A stretch of 64,000 bases of DNA, taken from positions 46,440,001 through 46,504,000 of the forward strand of contig NC_087447.1 of NCBI RefSeq assembly GCF_036321535.1. Reading direction: 5' to 3'. The notes beneath the pieces were generated by a model. It searched no databases, was not told where the DNA came from, and was given only the letters and a program-made list of their open reading frames with translations. Position 1 is the stretch's first letter, and every line of letters begins with the position of its first letter. The position numbers and the translations under genes were made by a program. This document shows, piece after piece, positions 50,597 through 64,000 of this stretch. The DNA is from Camelus dromedarius (Eukaryota).

Positions 50597-53500
50597 AGTC
50601 TATGCCTTATTAATGATATACTTCTTCTATCATAATTCCAGTCCCATTCTTCAATTCCCACCACCTTCCCAGACCACTGCAGTCCACAGCGATCTTTCCA
50701 TCCCTTCTCCTCCAAACCAGGATTCCCTGATCAACCCATTCTTTGGACCCGTAAACATGGGTTATCTCTTGCTATCTCAGGGACTGCCCTGGGTGTTTTT
50801 CAGCTTTCGTGTCAATCACTTTCTGGTAATCTGTTAGTTTCTCAGCGTGAGGGCACAGAGTTATTTATCTCTGTAGCCTCATGCTTAGCATAAAGGCTGA
50901 CCAGAGCAGGTACTCAGCAAAGGTGGAAAGGAGAGAAAAAGGGAAGAAGAAAGGAAAGTTTTGGTAGGAAAGAGGAGGTACAATATAAAGTGCATGTGGA
51001 AGACAAATACCAGTCTCTGAGATCAAGAAGAGTATGGCCAGCTGTCCTGTACAGCTCCTACAAGAGCTCGCAGAATCCTTGCACCCTGTGAACAGAGCCA
51101 GGGCAGAAAGGCCACGGAGGTATTATGAAAGCAGATGTGGCTGGCTAGGGGAACAGAGCTAACCCAGGGAAGCTGGCTAGGACCTGGGGAGCCAGAGGGT
51201 GGCACAATTCCCAGCCTAAATGCTGCAAATAGATTTTAGCAAAATGAGGTCAACTGTTAACGCAATCAGGCCTGAGGCAAGGGAGGAGGGTGTAAACAAA
51301 CGAGATGCTGACAGTGAACAGAGTCAGAGTAATGGTGAGAATTTTCTAGGTGCCAGTTAGCCCTGAGAAAGTGAGCCTCCAATCATTATCACTTTCTGGA
51401 ATCCCCTCTCCCAATTTATTCTCTGCACCTCTCTGCTGCCCATAGTACCCTGTGCCTGGCAGATACAGATACTCCACCTCTTACTGCCAGAGTATGCACT
51501 AGGAATTTCTTTTGTCACTTACACAGCCTTCTGTGCTGAGGTGTCTGTTTAACCTGTGAAAGCTATTCCTTGGCCCTCCTCCCTTCTGGTTGTAGCCCCC
51601 AAAATGCCTCAGCTATCTACAGACACTCCAGAGGTAGCAGTTCTCCCCACGACCAAGCTGGACCAGATTCTTCTCCCCTCTCCCCAAGTCCTGTCACTCT
51701 GAAGAGGCCCAGCCTCCTTCTGTGTAACTTCTAGCTTTCCTCTCCTGGCACCTACTCCTTGCTGGGCCTTACGCTGAGTGCTGATGACAGATGGACAAAG
51801 CGGCTTCATCCCTCAAAGAGTTCCTAGGTTAAAGAATAACAGACAGGGGAACAGGTTGTTACAAAGAAAGCAGGTACAAAGGGCTGTGGGTCCCCAGAGG
51901 AAAGTGAGAGGGAAGGGTTGAGCAAGCCTGGGAAGAGGCTGGAAAGGCAACCTAGAGAAGGCTGGAAGGGTGATTTGGAACACAGCGAAAAGGAGAAAGA
52001 GAAAGGACAGGGCTGACAGAGACCAGAGCCAGCTTTGCCAGACAGGCAGCCACTCCTGCTCACTGAGGACTTTTCCCTATTACCTGAGCCACTGAGGAAG
52101 ACAAGATGTAGTTTTGTCCTTTTCTCTTCACAAGTCCCCCCAACCCAAATAATTACTGTGCAGGCTTCTCTCTGCACTCTTCTCGATGCTCCTGCTAAGA
52201 ACAAAGGGCACACCAGCCCCTAGCCCGAGATTAGCTACAGTAGGTATACACTAAAAGCCCACATACCTACCATTTATTTAGGGGAAATTGGGACATAGAG
52301 AACCTTAGGAGTGTGTCCAAGGTCACAAAGTAGTGATAAAGCCAGTCTGCTTGATTTCAAAAGATACAACGCTGTATATCTTGTTTCCTCTATCAGAAAT
52401 AAAGGGTGGGATAACATAGTAGAAAAGAGCACTGAAATAATAAGTTAAAGACCTGGTGTGAGTCATGGCTCTGCTATTTAAAAGCTGAATGACCTCTAAA
52501 AACTCACCTCATCGCCTGAGCCTCAATTTCTCCCTCAGTGAATCATCTGCCGTCGTAATGAGACATCAGCTTAGTCCTCAAACTGAACACTGCCTTGGAC
52601 CTCTGTGTCTCAGAGCACACCTAACACCTGACTACCAGCACTGTCAGGAGAGCCCCAGATGGGCCTGCCAGCCTAGAGCCAACTCTGCAGGTAGAAAAGA
52701 CAGGAAAGCATCTGTGCTACTCCATGGCCACATGGGGAGGACTGAGCTGTCAGAAAGTGGTCTCTGAGGCAGCCCTGTGCTGAGTCAATCTGATCCCTTT
52801 CCCCCCTTCCCAAGCTCTGAGGCTGCTCTGGGCAGATGGGTCCTGCTCACTCAGCAGATCCGCCTAGCTACTGCAAACAAACCTTTGATTTGAGATTTCT
52901 CAAGTCTTAGACCAGTGGCAGGATTTTCATTAAAACTGGGCAAGGTAGCCTTGATGGCTGGCAGCTGAAACCAGCTCAGGTTCTCTAGAGTGTTTACTTG
53001 ATGCCTATGGTGAGGTCTGAGAACCTCAGCCTTAAGAACTCACCTTAGGTGCAGAACATAGGTCAGAGCTGGCACAGGCCATCACTCCAGGTCCTGTGTG
53101 CATGTTGGACAGGGAACAGCACTGACTTAGGGATTTTAGTCTAGGCTCAAGTGGGAAAACAGAGCCTAGAGGGACACAGATTCTTTGCAGGTACCCACCA
53201 GGTATCACCCAACCCTTGTTGAAGTCTCCTGGCAAACAGCTTCCTAGTATTTTCCCCAGGTTCCAGCTAGGCAATTTTCAAATTTTTTCTTAAGAAGTAT
53301 CAGCAGCAAAGTATAAAAACAATGTCTGTCATCTGGACAGCTGCTGGATTCCAAAATCTTTGCTCTCAAGAATACACCCAGCTCTTTCTGAGTCCTTGAA
53401 TGAGAGAGCCAATAAGAGCCATAATGACCAAGTCCATTTTACAGATAAGGAAACCTAAATCTAGGCAGGAGAGCTAAATTGCCAAAGGTCATTTGATAAG

Positions 53501-53810
53501 GCAAGGGCCAAACACAGAATTCCTGAATTCCTACAGGGTGCAGATAGTAGGAAGAAAGAACAGAACTCCTGCCTTTTGCACAGGACCCTTATCAACACTT
53601 ACTCCAAAATCATGGAATGTCACAGCTGAAATGAACCATAAGGATTCTTTAGTTCAATTTCATGATACAATTCAAACATATCTGAGAAAAGTGACCTACA
53701 CAATGTCACACAGTGAGTCACAATTTTGAAAAGAGACCAAGGTGTTTTCCTAAATTTTACAAGAAGTTCTCCAAATGGAAATCCAGGAGTTATAAAAAAT
53801 CAAATAAAAA

Positions 53811-53817
53811 ATGATGA

Positions 53818-53851
<34 letters not shown>

Positions 53852-53863
53852 GGTGGTGGTGAT
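53811..53863. repeat. Compound microsatellite (ATG)n(GTG)n
   Basis: atgatgatg...ggtggtggt, at the tail end of an antisense L1 fragment. Confidence 0.9.
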
Positions 53864-54605
53864 GGAGATATGATTCACATGCCCTAAAATTCACTCTTTT
53901 AAAATGTACAGTTCAGTGGTTTTAGCATATTGACAAGGTTGTGCAAACAACAGCACACTTAATTTTAGAACATTATCATTACCCCTCAAAGAAGTCCCAT
54001 ACTCATTAGCAGTTACTTCTCACTTCTCACTCCCTTCAGCTCCTGCCAGCCACCAATCTGCATTCTGTCTCCATGGATTTATCTATTCTGGACATTTCAT
54101 ATAAATGGAAACATAAAATATGTGTCCTCTCTTGTGTCTGACTTCTTTCACTCAGCATAATGTTTTCCAGGTTCATCCATGTTGTAGCATGTATCAGAAC
54201 TTCATTCCTTCAGTCCTTTTTATGACTGAATAATAGTCCGCTGTATGTGTATACCACAACTTATTTACCCTTTCATCCATTGATGAACATATGGATTGCT
54301 TCCACCTTTTGGCTATTGTTAAGTAATGCTGCTAAGAACACATACATATACGTATACATGTACTTCAGAACCTGTTTTCAATTCTTTGGGTACATTCCTA
54401 GGCATGGAATTGCTAGGTCATATGATAAATATGTTTAACTTTTTGAGGAACAACCAGACTATTTTCGACAGCAGCCGAACTTTTTTACATTAGCACTAGA
54501 AATCTACAAATATTCTAATTTCTACGTACCCCTGCCAACACTTACTTTTGTTTTTTGTTTCTTTGTTCTTGTTTTTATCGTAGCTATCCTAGTGAGTGTG
54601 AAGCA
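53864..54605 (-). mobile_element. L1MA/MB-type 3' fragment
   Basis: Antisense L1 3'UTR motifs (aaatgtacagttcagtggttttagcatatt, ggttcatccatgttgtagcatg, ggaattgctaggtcatatg). Confidence 0.8.
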
Positions 54606-55589
54606 TCTTCTTAGTCGTAGTACTTCTGTTCTGCCTATCTCAGAAATAGAGTTTTCTGCTGACCTCTGACCTCCTGTAGGATAGGTCACATGAACCTATA
54701 GGCTATAAGAAATGAGTCTAGGGGAAGATACTTCTGTCCTGGTATCAGTCAAACCTGCTTCACTAGGGCCCCTCTTACTGGCTCTGATCTCCTGGACCCA
54801 GTACCATGTACACAGAGTTCTGGTTCCTATCCTCTCCAGCCCTAGCTGATTTTTCCATATAGAATCCTTGCCTACTTTAACCTGCAGTCTCTAATGCACC
54901 TTTTCAGATACAGTAAATCCTTGATATAGAACACATAACAGGCAGGTAATATATCTCAGAAGACTAAAGGGACATTTTCGGGCTGCCAAAGACCTCTCCT
55001 TCCTGGAGGGTGACAGAGGAGAGCCTTTGCAAAATTAGCCTAGCTTTGACTGCTGGGTTTGATTCTCATGGTATAAGTGTTCTTGCTGGTGTATACAAAG
55101 AGATGGGGGTAAGTTGTTAATGGGGAGAGTTTAGTAAGGCTACTTCCCATCTTCCAAGACTCAGCTCAAGAATGATCCTCTCCATAAAGCTTCTTAGCCT
55201 TCAGTTGAAAACTCCTCCCTACTTTGTGCTCCCACTTGAAATCTGGAATGACTTACATGACAGTTATACCACTGTGTTTACTGACCATTTACTTGATTTG
55301 TTAACATGCCAATCTCCATTTAGATGGAACTTCTTGAGATCAAGGACCTTGTCATTTACACTGGTACACAGTAGGTGCTCAATAAATGTTAGGGGATAAA
55401 TGAAAGGCCATTGCTCAGTATAGAGGGTGGACCTCACATAAAGAGTGGAGCCATTCATTGTGTCATTTATTCAAAACTTATAAATGAATGGTAGGGAAAA
55501 AAAGTGTCCTAGGACTAAAAAAAAGGCAACAAAGGAGATGGAAACAGTCTTCTCCCATTTTGCTCTGCTTCGCACTTTTAAAAGATTAG

Positions 55590-55998
55590 ACCTTCTGGAA
55601 AATGCAAAACTATGGAGAAGTAAAAGAAGATCAGTGATTGCCAGAGGTTGGTGGTGAGAAAGAATAAATAGGTGGATCACAGAGGATCTTTAGGGCAGTA
55701 AAACCATTTTGTATGACACCACAGAGGTAGATACATATTATTATATGTTTGTCCAACCCTATAGACCACAAAACACCAAGAGCCAACCTTAATGTAAACT
55801 ATGGACTCCAGGCGATAGTGATGAGTCAACGTAAGTTCGTCAGTTGTAACAAAGGTACCACTGCAGTGGGGGATACTGATAATGGGGGAGGCTATGTGTG
55901 TATGGGGGCAGGAGGTATATGGAAAATCTCTCATTTTTGATGTGAACCTAAAGCTACTCTGAAAAATAAGCCAATTAAAAATTTTAAAACCAAAAAAA
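55590..55998 (+). mobile_element. L1M-type 3'UTR fragment
   Basis: ggaaaatgcaaaactatggag...agatcagtgattgccagagg...aatgtaaactatggact...A-rich tail. Confidence 0.7.
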
Positions 55999-56953
55999 AG
56001 TACAGACCCATCCACCTCTATTGAGATATCAGCTTGGGCACCTATCAGGCCAAATGCACGGACAGGGAAATGTTATACTACCCCTGACCCTGCCTGCCAG
56101 CTGCTTTTCTGGACTGGTGCTTGGCTCTATAGCATTCTGCCACTGGCATCCTCAGCTGGTGTCGACAGCTCCCAAGGGGCAGGGGGTAGGCCCTAAGAGA
56201 CTGTTTGGTCAAGGATAATTTTCTAAGAAATCTTACTACTTGTTCCCCCTGAGTTCACTTAGAATAAAAAAGATGTCAGGGTTGGCCATTCCCACCTTGC
56301 ACATTTTCAAGAGTTGAAGCACCTAATTCTCCCAACTATCCCTTGGCTGAAGAAACCATCTTTCCTTAGGCCTAAATGTGTCTCTGTTGCTTCAGTGAAA
56401 GACTGTTCAGTTGTGTTTGGTTGTCTGAGGACACAAGATGTTCAGCAATCAGTTCATACCCTCTGCATGTCCACAGTGAGAGTGGGAACAGCTAAATGGA
56501 GTTCAGCCCCTTATGCATTACTTGCTCTCCCTGAGCATCCCGTTCATATTTTAGCATTTATATTCTTGCTCAGGTTGTTCCCTCTACCTAAGAATGCCCT
56601 GTCCTGCCACCTCCACAGAATAAAGTTCTATCCATCTTTAAAGACAGAGGTCACATGCCACCTCTTCTGTAGGATGCTTTCTCTATCCCTCCCCTGGACC
56701 TCAGACACATTGCGTACCTCTCTCGAACATTCATGTTATCTCTTTAGGGCAGAATATGATTTAGCCAGGTCTTCCTACAGAGTCCAGCATAGCACTGGCA
56801 CAAAGTAAAGATTTTCTTTATGTATTTAATGAATGGATGTTGACATCTAGCTGGACTAAAATGTTGACCACTTCATATCTGAAAGCAGGAGTGCCTAGAA
56901 GACCCAGGATCTCAGCCCAGCCACTCAAACAGTCTTGTGTTCCATGCACATCA

Positions 56954-57118
<165 letters not shown>

Positions 57119-57392
57119 TCAGTTCCCTGCCAGCAAAGCCAGGAAGGCTTCTGGTAGGATTACCCACCTCCTCCAGGAACATTTCCATGACTTCTAGCTC
57201 CTCATGATTGCTCCCCTCTGCACTCTGGTACACAGAGTCTATACCAGTGGATCTCAACAAGGAGTAAGGAGGACACATAACATTTACCAAGAATTTGTTC
57301 ACCCTTCTCCCCATCTCCTGAGTATCCTACCCTCTAAGGATTATACATCTGTGATCATTCCTACACCCAGCTGTAAATTTTCTGTTAGTGCT

Positions 57393-57507
57393 TCTCTTTG
57401 CAGGGATTATCCACTATATATATATATATATATAGTGGATAATCCCTGGAAAGAGATATATGTGTATATATATATATACATATATATATATAGTGGATAA
57501 TCCCTGC
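57393..57507. repeat. (TA)n-centred palindrome with a duplicated arm
   Basis: cagggattatccac-(TA)10-gtggataatccctg (57401-57448), and a second gtggataatccctg at 57493-57506. Confidence 0.92.
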
Positions 57508-60358
57508 CCCCATACTCCTACCACTTGTAAATGCATTCTCCTGTCCAGCCCAAGTCAAAATGTCATGCCACATGACCCAGTGATTCTGAGGCCCTCTGGA
57601 TTATCCTAATCCTAACTCAGTGTCATTAAATATAAATACAAATTTGTCTGTAACAAACATTGCATTAGTCTTGTTATCTTGTATTCCAGTAACAGTAATT
57701 CACTCCCAATGAGATTACTATAAATTTGTATGTCTTTCAACCATACTGTTAATGATAACTTAGTAAGAGAGGACCTGTACAATAGGAGGGGAAATGATGT
57801 AGGAAAAACAAGACTTTGTTTCTCTTCTGCTGGAACATAGTGGGTATAGGAGGAGAGGCGTATAACACAAGAAAGGTTGAAAAACCACTGGTCTGGGCCC
57901 CACCAATGAGTATTAGCTACTATACTACTCCATCAGATTAGTGCTCTTTTCTGATTCACAGTTTTGTTCTTCTAGGTAGAAAAGAAGCTTCTGACATCAG
58001 TGTGTGATTTATACTCCTGCCCTGGCCTGCAGGATCAACTACTTCCTTCTCTAGTCCTGGGAATCAATCAAGCCCACCTACAAGGGAGGCAGTGAGACAC
58101 TGTGATGGGGGTGGGGGTGGGGGGGGTGGTCAGGAGATGGAGCTTCCGGTCCCAGCTCTATCGATGACTCACTTGTCTGACAGTAAGCTGCTTGGTCTCT
58201 TCACTGCGGCCCCATTTCCTTCTGTGTAAACTTATGTAAAATCAGCTGCTTCCTACAAACCTGGGAGTTCTTAGGGCTTCTTTATAGAGTACTTCTTCCA
58301 GGTTTATTGGCCTTCATTTAACTGATCAAAATAATTATCATCTTTTCTACAGTCTATTTGTCAAAGAAACCTATGAACTTCTAAGCAATGAGAAATGAGA
58401 AAGGAGCTAACATTTAATAAGCAGCTGTGTATCTGTTCTGACACTTTACATACAATACCTCATTTAGTCCTCACACTTTAAGAACCCACTTTTATTATTA
58501 ACTCCACTTTACAGATAAGAAAACTGAGACTTAGAGATAAGTAACTTGCCCAAAGTCACACAGCAAGTTAAGTAGCAAAGGCAGGAATCTAGCCAAATCT
58601 GCTAGACTCTTCCTGTTATATCATGCTGCCTCGTGACAGGCCTAGAAGCACCCCTATTCCATCCCACTGCCATGCTCTGAAGGCTCCACTCTTCCTGCTG
58701 TCACTAAGGTGCCACAGCCTGGCTTTCTCCACGCTTGTGCCCAGCCTGGCTGGGTCTGGTCCTGGATCTAATCCTAGTCACAAGAGGGCCAAATAAGCCC
58801 ATTATCAAAGAACTAACTTCTTATCCTATGTCTTAGGGTTTTAAACCAAGCCATAGCCATTCCTCCAGAAGGAATGGGCCAGGGATCCACAAGCAATACT
58901 GTCATTTCCATGAGAAAGAAATCTAAATCCTGCAGCTTCCTGGTTAACCATCTGTTTAATTGTCTGTCTCCTCCACTAAACATGGAGCTCCTCAAGGCTA
59001 ATGTCAGCTCTAATGCATCTCTTTGTCCTCAGGGCCCAGGAGACAGCATGGCATGTGGTAGGTGCTTGGTAAAGTTTTATTAAATAGAACAAAACTGAGT
59101 ATTCCCAGGAAGCCTATTTTCAACTAAATAGGGCAAGAGGAAGATGCAGTGAAAAAAGCAGGGCATTTAGAACCAGAAAGACCTGAGTTCAAATTCCAGT
59201 TCTGCCACTTACCAGCTTTGATAAATCATAAAATATTTGAAATTCAGTTTGCTCACCCAAAAGTTAGGGTAGTAATTTCTTCCTCCCAGAATTGTGAGCA
59301 TCAACTGAAATAATATGCAGGAAAGTACTCTATAAAGGGATGAACAAACATTAAGATTACTACTCTCTCCAGAGTAGGGAGAAGCTGTGAAGAGGCTGCA
59401 GGCTGCAGAGGAGTGCACAGCCAGCTCATCTAGGCCTGGGCAGCAGTGCCCCATAGTTCTGTGGCTGGAGAATGCAGTGTGTGGTCATTCCAACAGCTTC
59501 ACTTTCCCCTTTCCCCCTTGCTGATGCTCATAACCTACATAATAAGATGACAGATTATACATAATCAGCACTTACCAGACAGTAAGCCCTTTGAGGGCAA
59601 GGGCAGGTTGTTGTCATCTTTATCCCCAGCACCCAACACAAGTGCCTGGCACACAGCAGGTACCCAGTAAATATGGGTTGAATGAATAAGTAAATGGATT
59701 AATGACTGAATGACATGTGGCACTAGTTTGACATAACAAGAAGTCCAAGCAGTACTCCATCCCCTCCCCAAATCCACCCCAAGACCTAGCATATGTGCCT
59801 GTAAGGAAGGTAGAGTTAGGATACAACCACTGTTGGAAGAGTCATTCCAGAGAGGAGACTGGGGCCAATGGTAGCCAGCCCCTATCTCTGCACCATTTCT
59901 TTGCAGTAGATAAACTGTATATGGAGAATTTAGGGAAGGCTAAAAGAGCCCTGAGGCTCTTGAGCAATGAAAGAGGCAGCTGCTGGGGGTAAAGCAAAAG
60001 AAAAGAGAAACAACATAGCCTTTGAAGTCTATCCAAATATACGCTCAAATCACTGTTTTGCCTCTAGCTAGCCATGTGACCTTGGAAAAGTTACTTAGCC
60101 AGGTTCATCATCTATGTACAATAATACCTACCTTATAGGACTGATGTAAGAATTAAATGAGATACTGTATATAAACTGTTGAGATACTGTATATAAAGAT
60201 ACCGTATATAAATGGCAGCAACTAGTACTATTGCCAGGATTGATAGAAATATTAAACAAGAGAATAGATGAGAAGTACCCATTATGATTTATAGCAAGTG
60301 TGCAGTAGATGTGACAAGAAAAGTCTATAGATTCTGCCCTGAAAGGGATGAAACCTCA

Positions 60359-60748
<390 letters not shown>

Positions 60749-63226
60749 CTATACTGGTGTCTGGGATTAAATAATCCTGAATTGTAATATAATAACAACA
60801 AAATAATACTAATAGAAGCCATCACCTACATAACATTTACTATATGACAGGTACTCTGCTAAGAACTTCACATGTATTAACTGAGTAACCTTCACAACCA
60901 CCATATGAAGATCCCAACTTTATCCCTATTTTAGAGATGCAGAAACTAAGGCACAAAAAAGGTTATATAACTTTCCCAAATTTATCCAGCCAGGAATTGT
61001 AAAGCCAGTATTTGGACTGAAGCATTCTGGCTCTGTAGCCCTTGCTCTAGCCTTTATGTCATAAATGCATATGAATATAACTTTTAAAATTTATATAAAT
61101 AAAGAATATATCTATCTATATCTATATCTCCTCCCTGACACTGCTGGAAGTCCTCATACAGAGGCAAATCTAAACCAAGAGATGGATCCAGATGAGATCT
61201 CTGAAGCTCGGAGTCTGATCATACCTGTAGATAGCCCCATTCATACATTTTCCAATTTTGTGCAAAAAGTAAATTTCCTCATTTGTGTATATCAAATTGA
61301 AGAGATTTTCTGCCACGACAGGAGCCAATTCTAACCAAAACAATTACTGAGTGATCATTTACAACATGACTAATCACATCATGACCAAACATGGGCCACT
61401 GTAGCTAATCATTTCCTCAGTACTATAAGGTTGTGATTTTCTTAAAATGGACGATCATAAAAATAATTGTTTTAAAATAATGTTAACTTAATATTTGTGT
61501 GGTGTTTAGCCACATAGATAACAAATTTATCTCCATACTTTGTCAAGAGTCAACAATAAAGGAATAGAAGTGGACTTAATACTCAAGGAATATGTTTGAG
61601 CCAAGTGAAGATCAAATGACATCATGATATATTATATAAATCAAAGTTTCATAATAGCTTGAATAGAGAAAAATGGTGGGAGGACTGAGTCATCAGGCAG
61701 CACCCAGTAATACAGGCATGTTGAACTTAAAGAGTCTCGGAGAAACTGAGTTTCAGCAAAAGATGTCATTTTACTAGATTTAAAGTTGCTTTTATTTAAC
61801 ATATCAATACGTTTTTGTTTGTATACAAATTTTATATCACAACTTAATCCTCATTTTAAATTTGTACACATTTAAATACCATTATAATAAAAACAATTTA
61901 AGTCAGCTTTGCAGGTCAAAGATAAATTATTTCCCTTAAAAGGAATTTGTACATTCCTCAGGTTTGAAAACTACTGCTGTTAGCAGCAAGAAGCCAAAAA
62001 AGTTTTGAAGCAGAATGAAATCGTGAGATTTATTACCCTCCTCTCAAAAAATCTGTATCTTTCCCCAAAACTGTCCTTCATCAGAATGCTGTCTAGTTTT
62101 CCTTTCACAGTCAGGAAACATTGAAGGCAGGGAGGGACTATGTCCTATTCATTTTTGCTCACATTATATACAGTGGCATCAGTAAGAATTTATTCAAAGA
62201 ATACTACCCTAAATGAGGAGTTCCAGAAATGTTCTGAACGTGGGCCTCCGAACAGTAACAACAATCTTCCTAGACAAATACAGAGCTCAGGTGGAGGTTA
62301 GCTTCTGAAATGCCTGTTCAAAAATTGGCATTCCTCTGTTAGGCATACCTCAGATCTTAGGATGTTTCTGTCACTCTCATATAAACTAGAGAAATTTGGA
62401 GGCTGGACCCTGTCCCTTCATCCACTTACTTCCCCTACAGTAGAGCCCAGCACATGGTACAAAGCAGACACTCAGAAAAGACATCCTGAATGAAACAAAG
62501 TTGAAGGCAAAAATGCTCTAATCTCTCAGTGTCCTCAAGAAGCTGCTGGAGCTCAGGAGGAAAGTTCTGAAACCGAGACACTTTGGAGGTAGAGTAGACT
62601 ATTTGCAGAGGAACAGGGAAGGTCCCAGGAGAGGAAATGAGGCAGGTCTAGTGCACTCAGACTGTATCTTAGAAGACAAGATCCCAGAGGCTTAGGTGGA
62701 GGGTGCTTAGTTATTGCCTGGTTGAGTTTCTAATTCCCAGACTAGAATACACTGGAGGGAAGATAAATTAATTTCCAAGAGATATATTCAAATCCTACAG
62801 TTTGGGAAAGAAGGGATGACAGAGCTGGGGTTAAAGAAGTGTTCAGGAAAGTAGAATGTATGGGCTTTTTATTCCTGAAAATGAATGTATTTCCACACAC
62901 ATTACAAACATGGTCACTTGCTGTGGTCCAGACTGCTGGGTAATAAAGGTGTGGCAAAGTGGCCCAAGATATGAGGCAGACAGACAAGTGCTAGCCTGCA
63001 AAGTGTGGAGAACAACACACTCCTACCCTTGCTGTGAAGGGAGCTCAGCCTCACCCAGCATGGCCACGTCTTGTTGCTAGAAAGGCCTGAGGCCAGCGAT
63101 GCTACAAGGGCCTTTTGTCTACAGGGAGGATGCCCTGACACAAGCCTGAGCATAGATCCTTGGCATGCAGGAACTCCTCCACCTGCACCCTACACTGCAG
63201 TAGAGACAGGCAGGAGTCACTCTAGA

Positions 63227-63440
63227 CCGGGATTCTCAGCCTCTGCACCACTGACCCTTTGGACAGGCAAACTCTTTTTTGTAGGGGGCTGTCCTATGCA
63301 TTATAGGACGTTGAACAATATCCCTGGCATCTACCCACCAGATGCCAGTAGCATGCTGCCAGTCACGACAATCAAAAATGTCTCCAGATACTGCCAAATG
63401 TTCCCTGGGGAATAAGACTGCCCACAGCTGAGAACTACTG
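63227..63440 (+). mobile_element. MER20 (hAT-Charlie) DNA transposon
   Basis: gggggctgtcctatgcattatagg, ctacccaccagatgccagtagca, aaaaatgtctccagatactgccaaatg, and the terminal tgagaactactg. Confidence 0.85.
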
Positions 63441-64000
63441 TTCTAAACACTACATTAAGTGAGGCAGAGGGTCTATAAGGTGACCACTGCACTCCAATGA
63501 GGATGGACTTTGAACACAGTCAGCTCCTATATAGCTAAGTTATAGGAGAAAGGATAGTGGTTTCAGCATATCAGGACAAATCTCAAGGCAGCTGTTCTTT
63601 GGTTTTTGTGCTTCAAATATCATTCTGCTACCTAAGCAGATGCCCTACCTAGGTAAGGCTTGGTAGCATGGTGTTGCCCACTCAGAGTCATTGCAGTCTG
63701 AATAAAGTAAGCTAAGATGAGTGGCATCCTTGTCAGAGAGCAACCCTGTGTCCCAGCATGAAGATCTCATTCAATAATCAAAGTGAGATATCAGGGGCCC
63801 TTGTCCCCAAGGTTCAAGTACCTAAAAGTTAAAAGTCTTGTTCTGCTTTCTCATTCCAAAAGAGAAAAAGGAAGAATCCCTGGGCCAAAGTAAGGAAGAA
63901 GGTAACAGCAAGTACAGAGAGCTATGGCTGTTAGTGAAAGGAGACAGAATGGCAAAGAGAACTTAGCACACATACAGGCTCCAAATGAGTCAGATGACCA

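Noticed and set aside
61150..61980. Possible hAT-Charlie transposon remnant ending tttgaaaactactg
   Set aside because: Plausible, but I could not fix the family or the left boundary by eye.

Overview
Mammalian genomic DNA, probably from a camelid: it has a Vic-1-like tRNA-SINE, and I recognised no Alu, Bov-tA/BovB, PRE-1 or CanSINE. It holds two minus-strand genes arranged head to tail. The 3' part of STIM1 runs from exon 4 to exon 12, with its 3'UTR and polyA signal at about 21750. About 1.6 kb further on is the CpG-island promoter of RRM1 and its exons 1-9 (exon 9 is cut by the window edge). All exon boundaries were read from GT/AG sites and the phases join into the expected proteins. The three known STIM1 alternative modules are intact: exon A/beta (93 nt), the STIM1L extension (315 nt) and neuronal exon B (37 nt). 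The introns carry a decayed, nearly full-length L1, several 5'-truncated L1s with target-site duplications (TSDs), MLT LTRs, Tigger/MER DNA transposons, and MIR/L2. The most interesting unexplained structure lies in the STIM1 3' splicing region: a 412-nt AG-free zone before the last exon, a 25-bp intronic stem after exon A, a candidate 95-nt exon that would restore the frame after exon B, and a +4 tandem donor that leads into the STIM1B frame. There is also a recent 76-bp duplication flanking the transmembrane exon and a perfect 48-bp palindrome. No prokaryote-type systems are present. Repeat family names and comparisons to human proteins are from memory, not from database searches.
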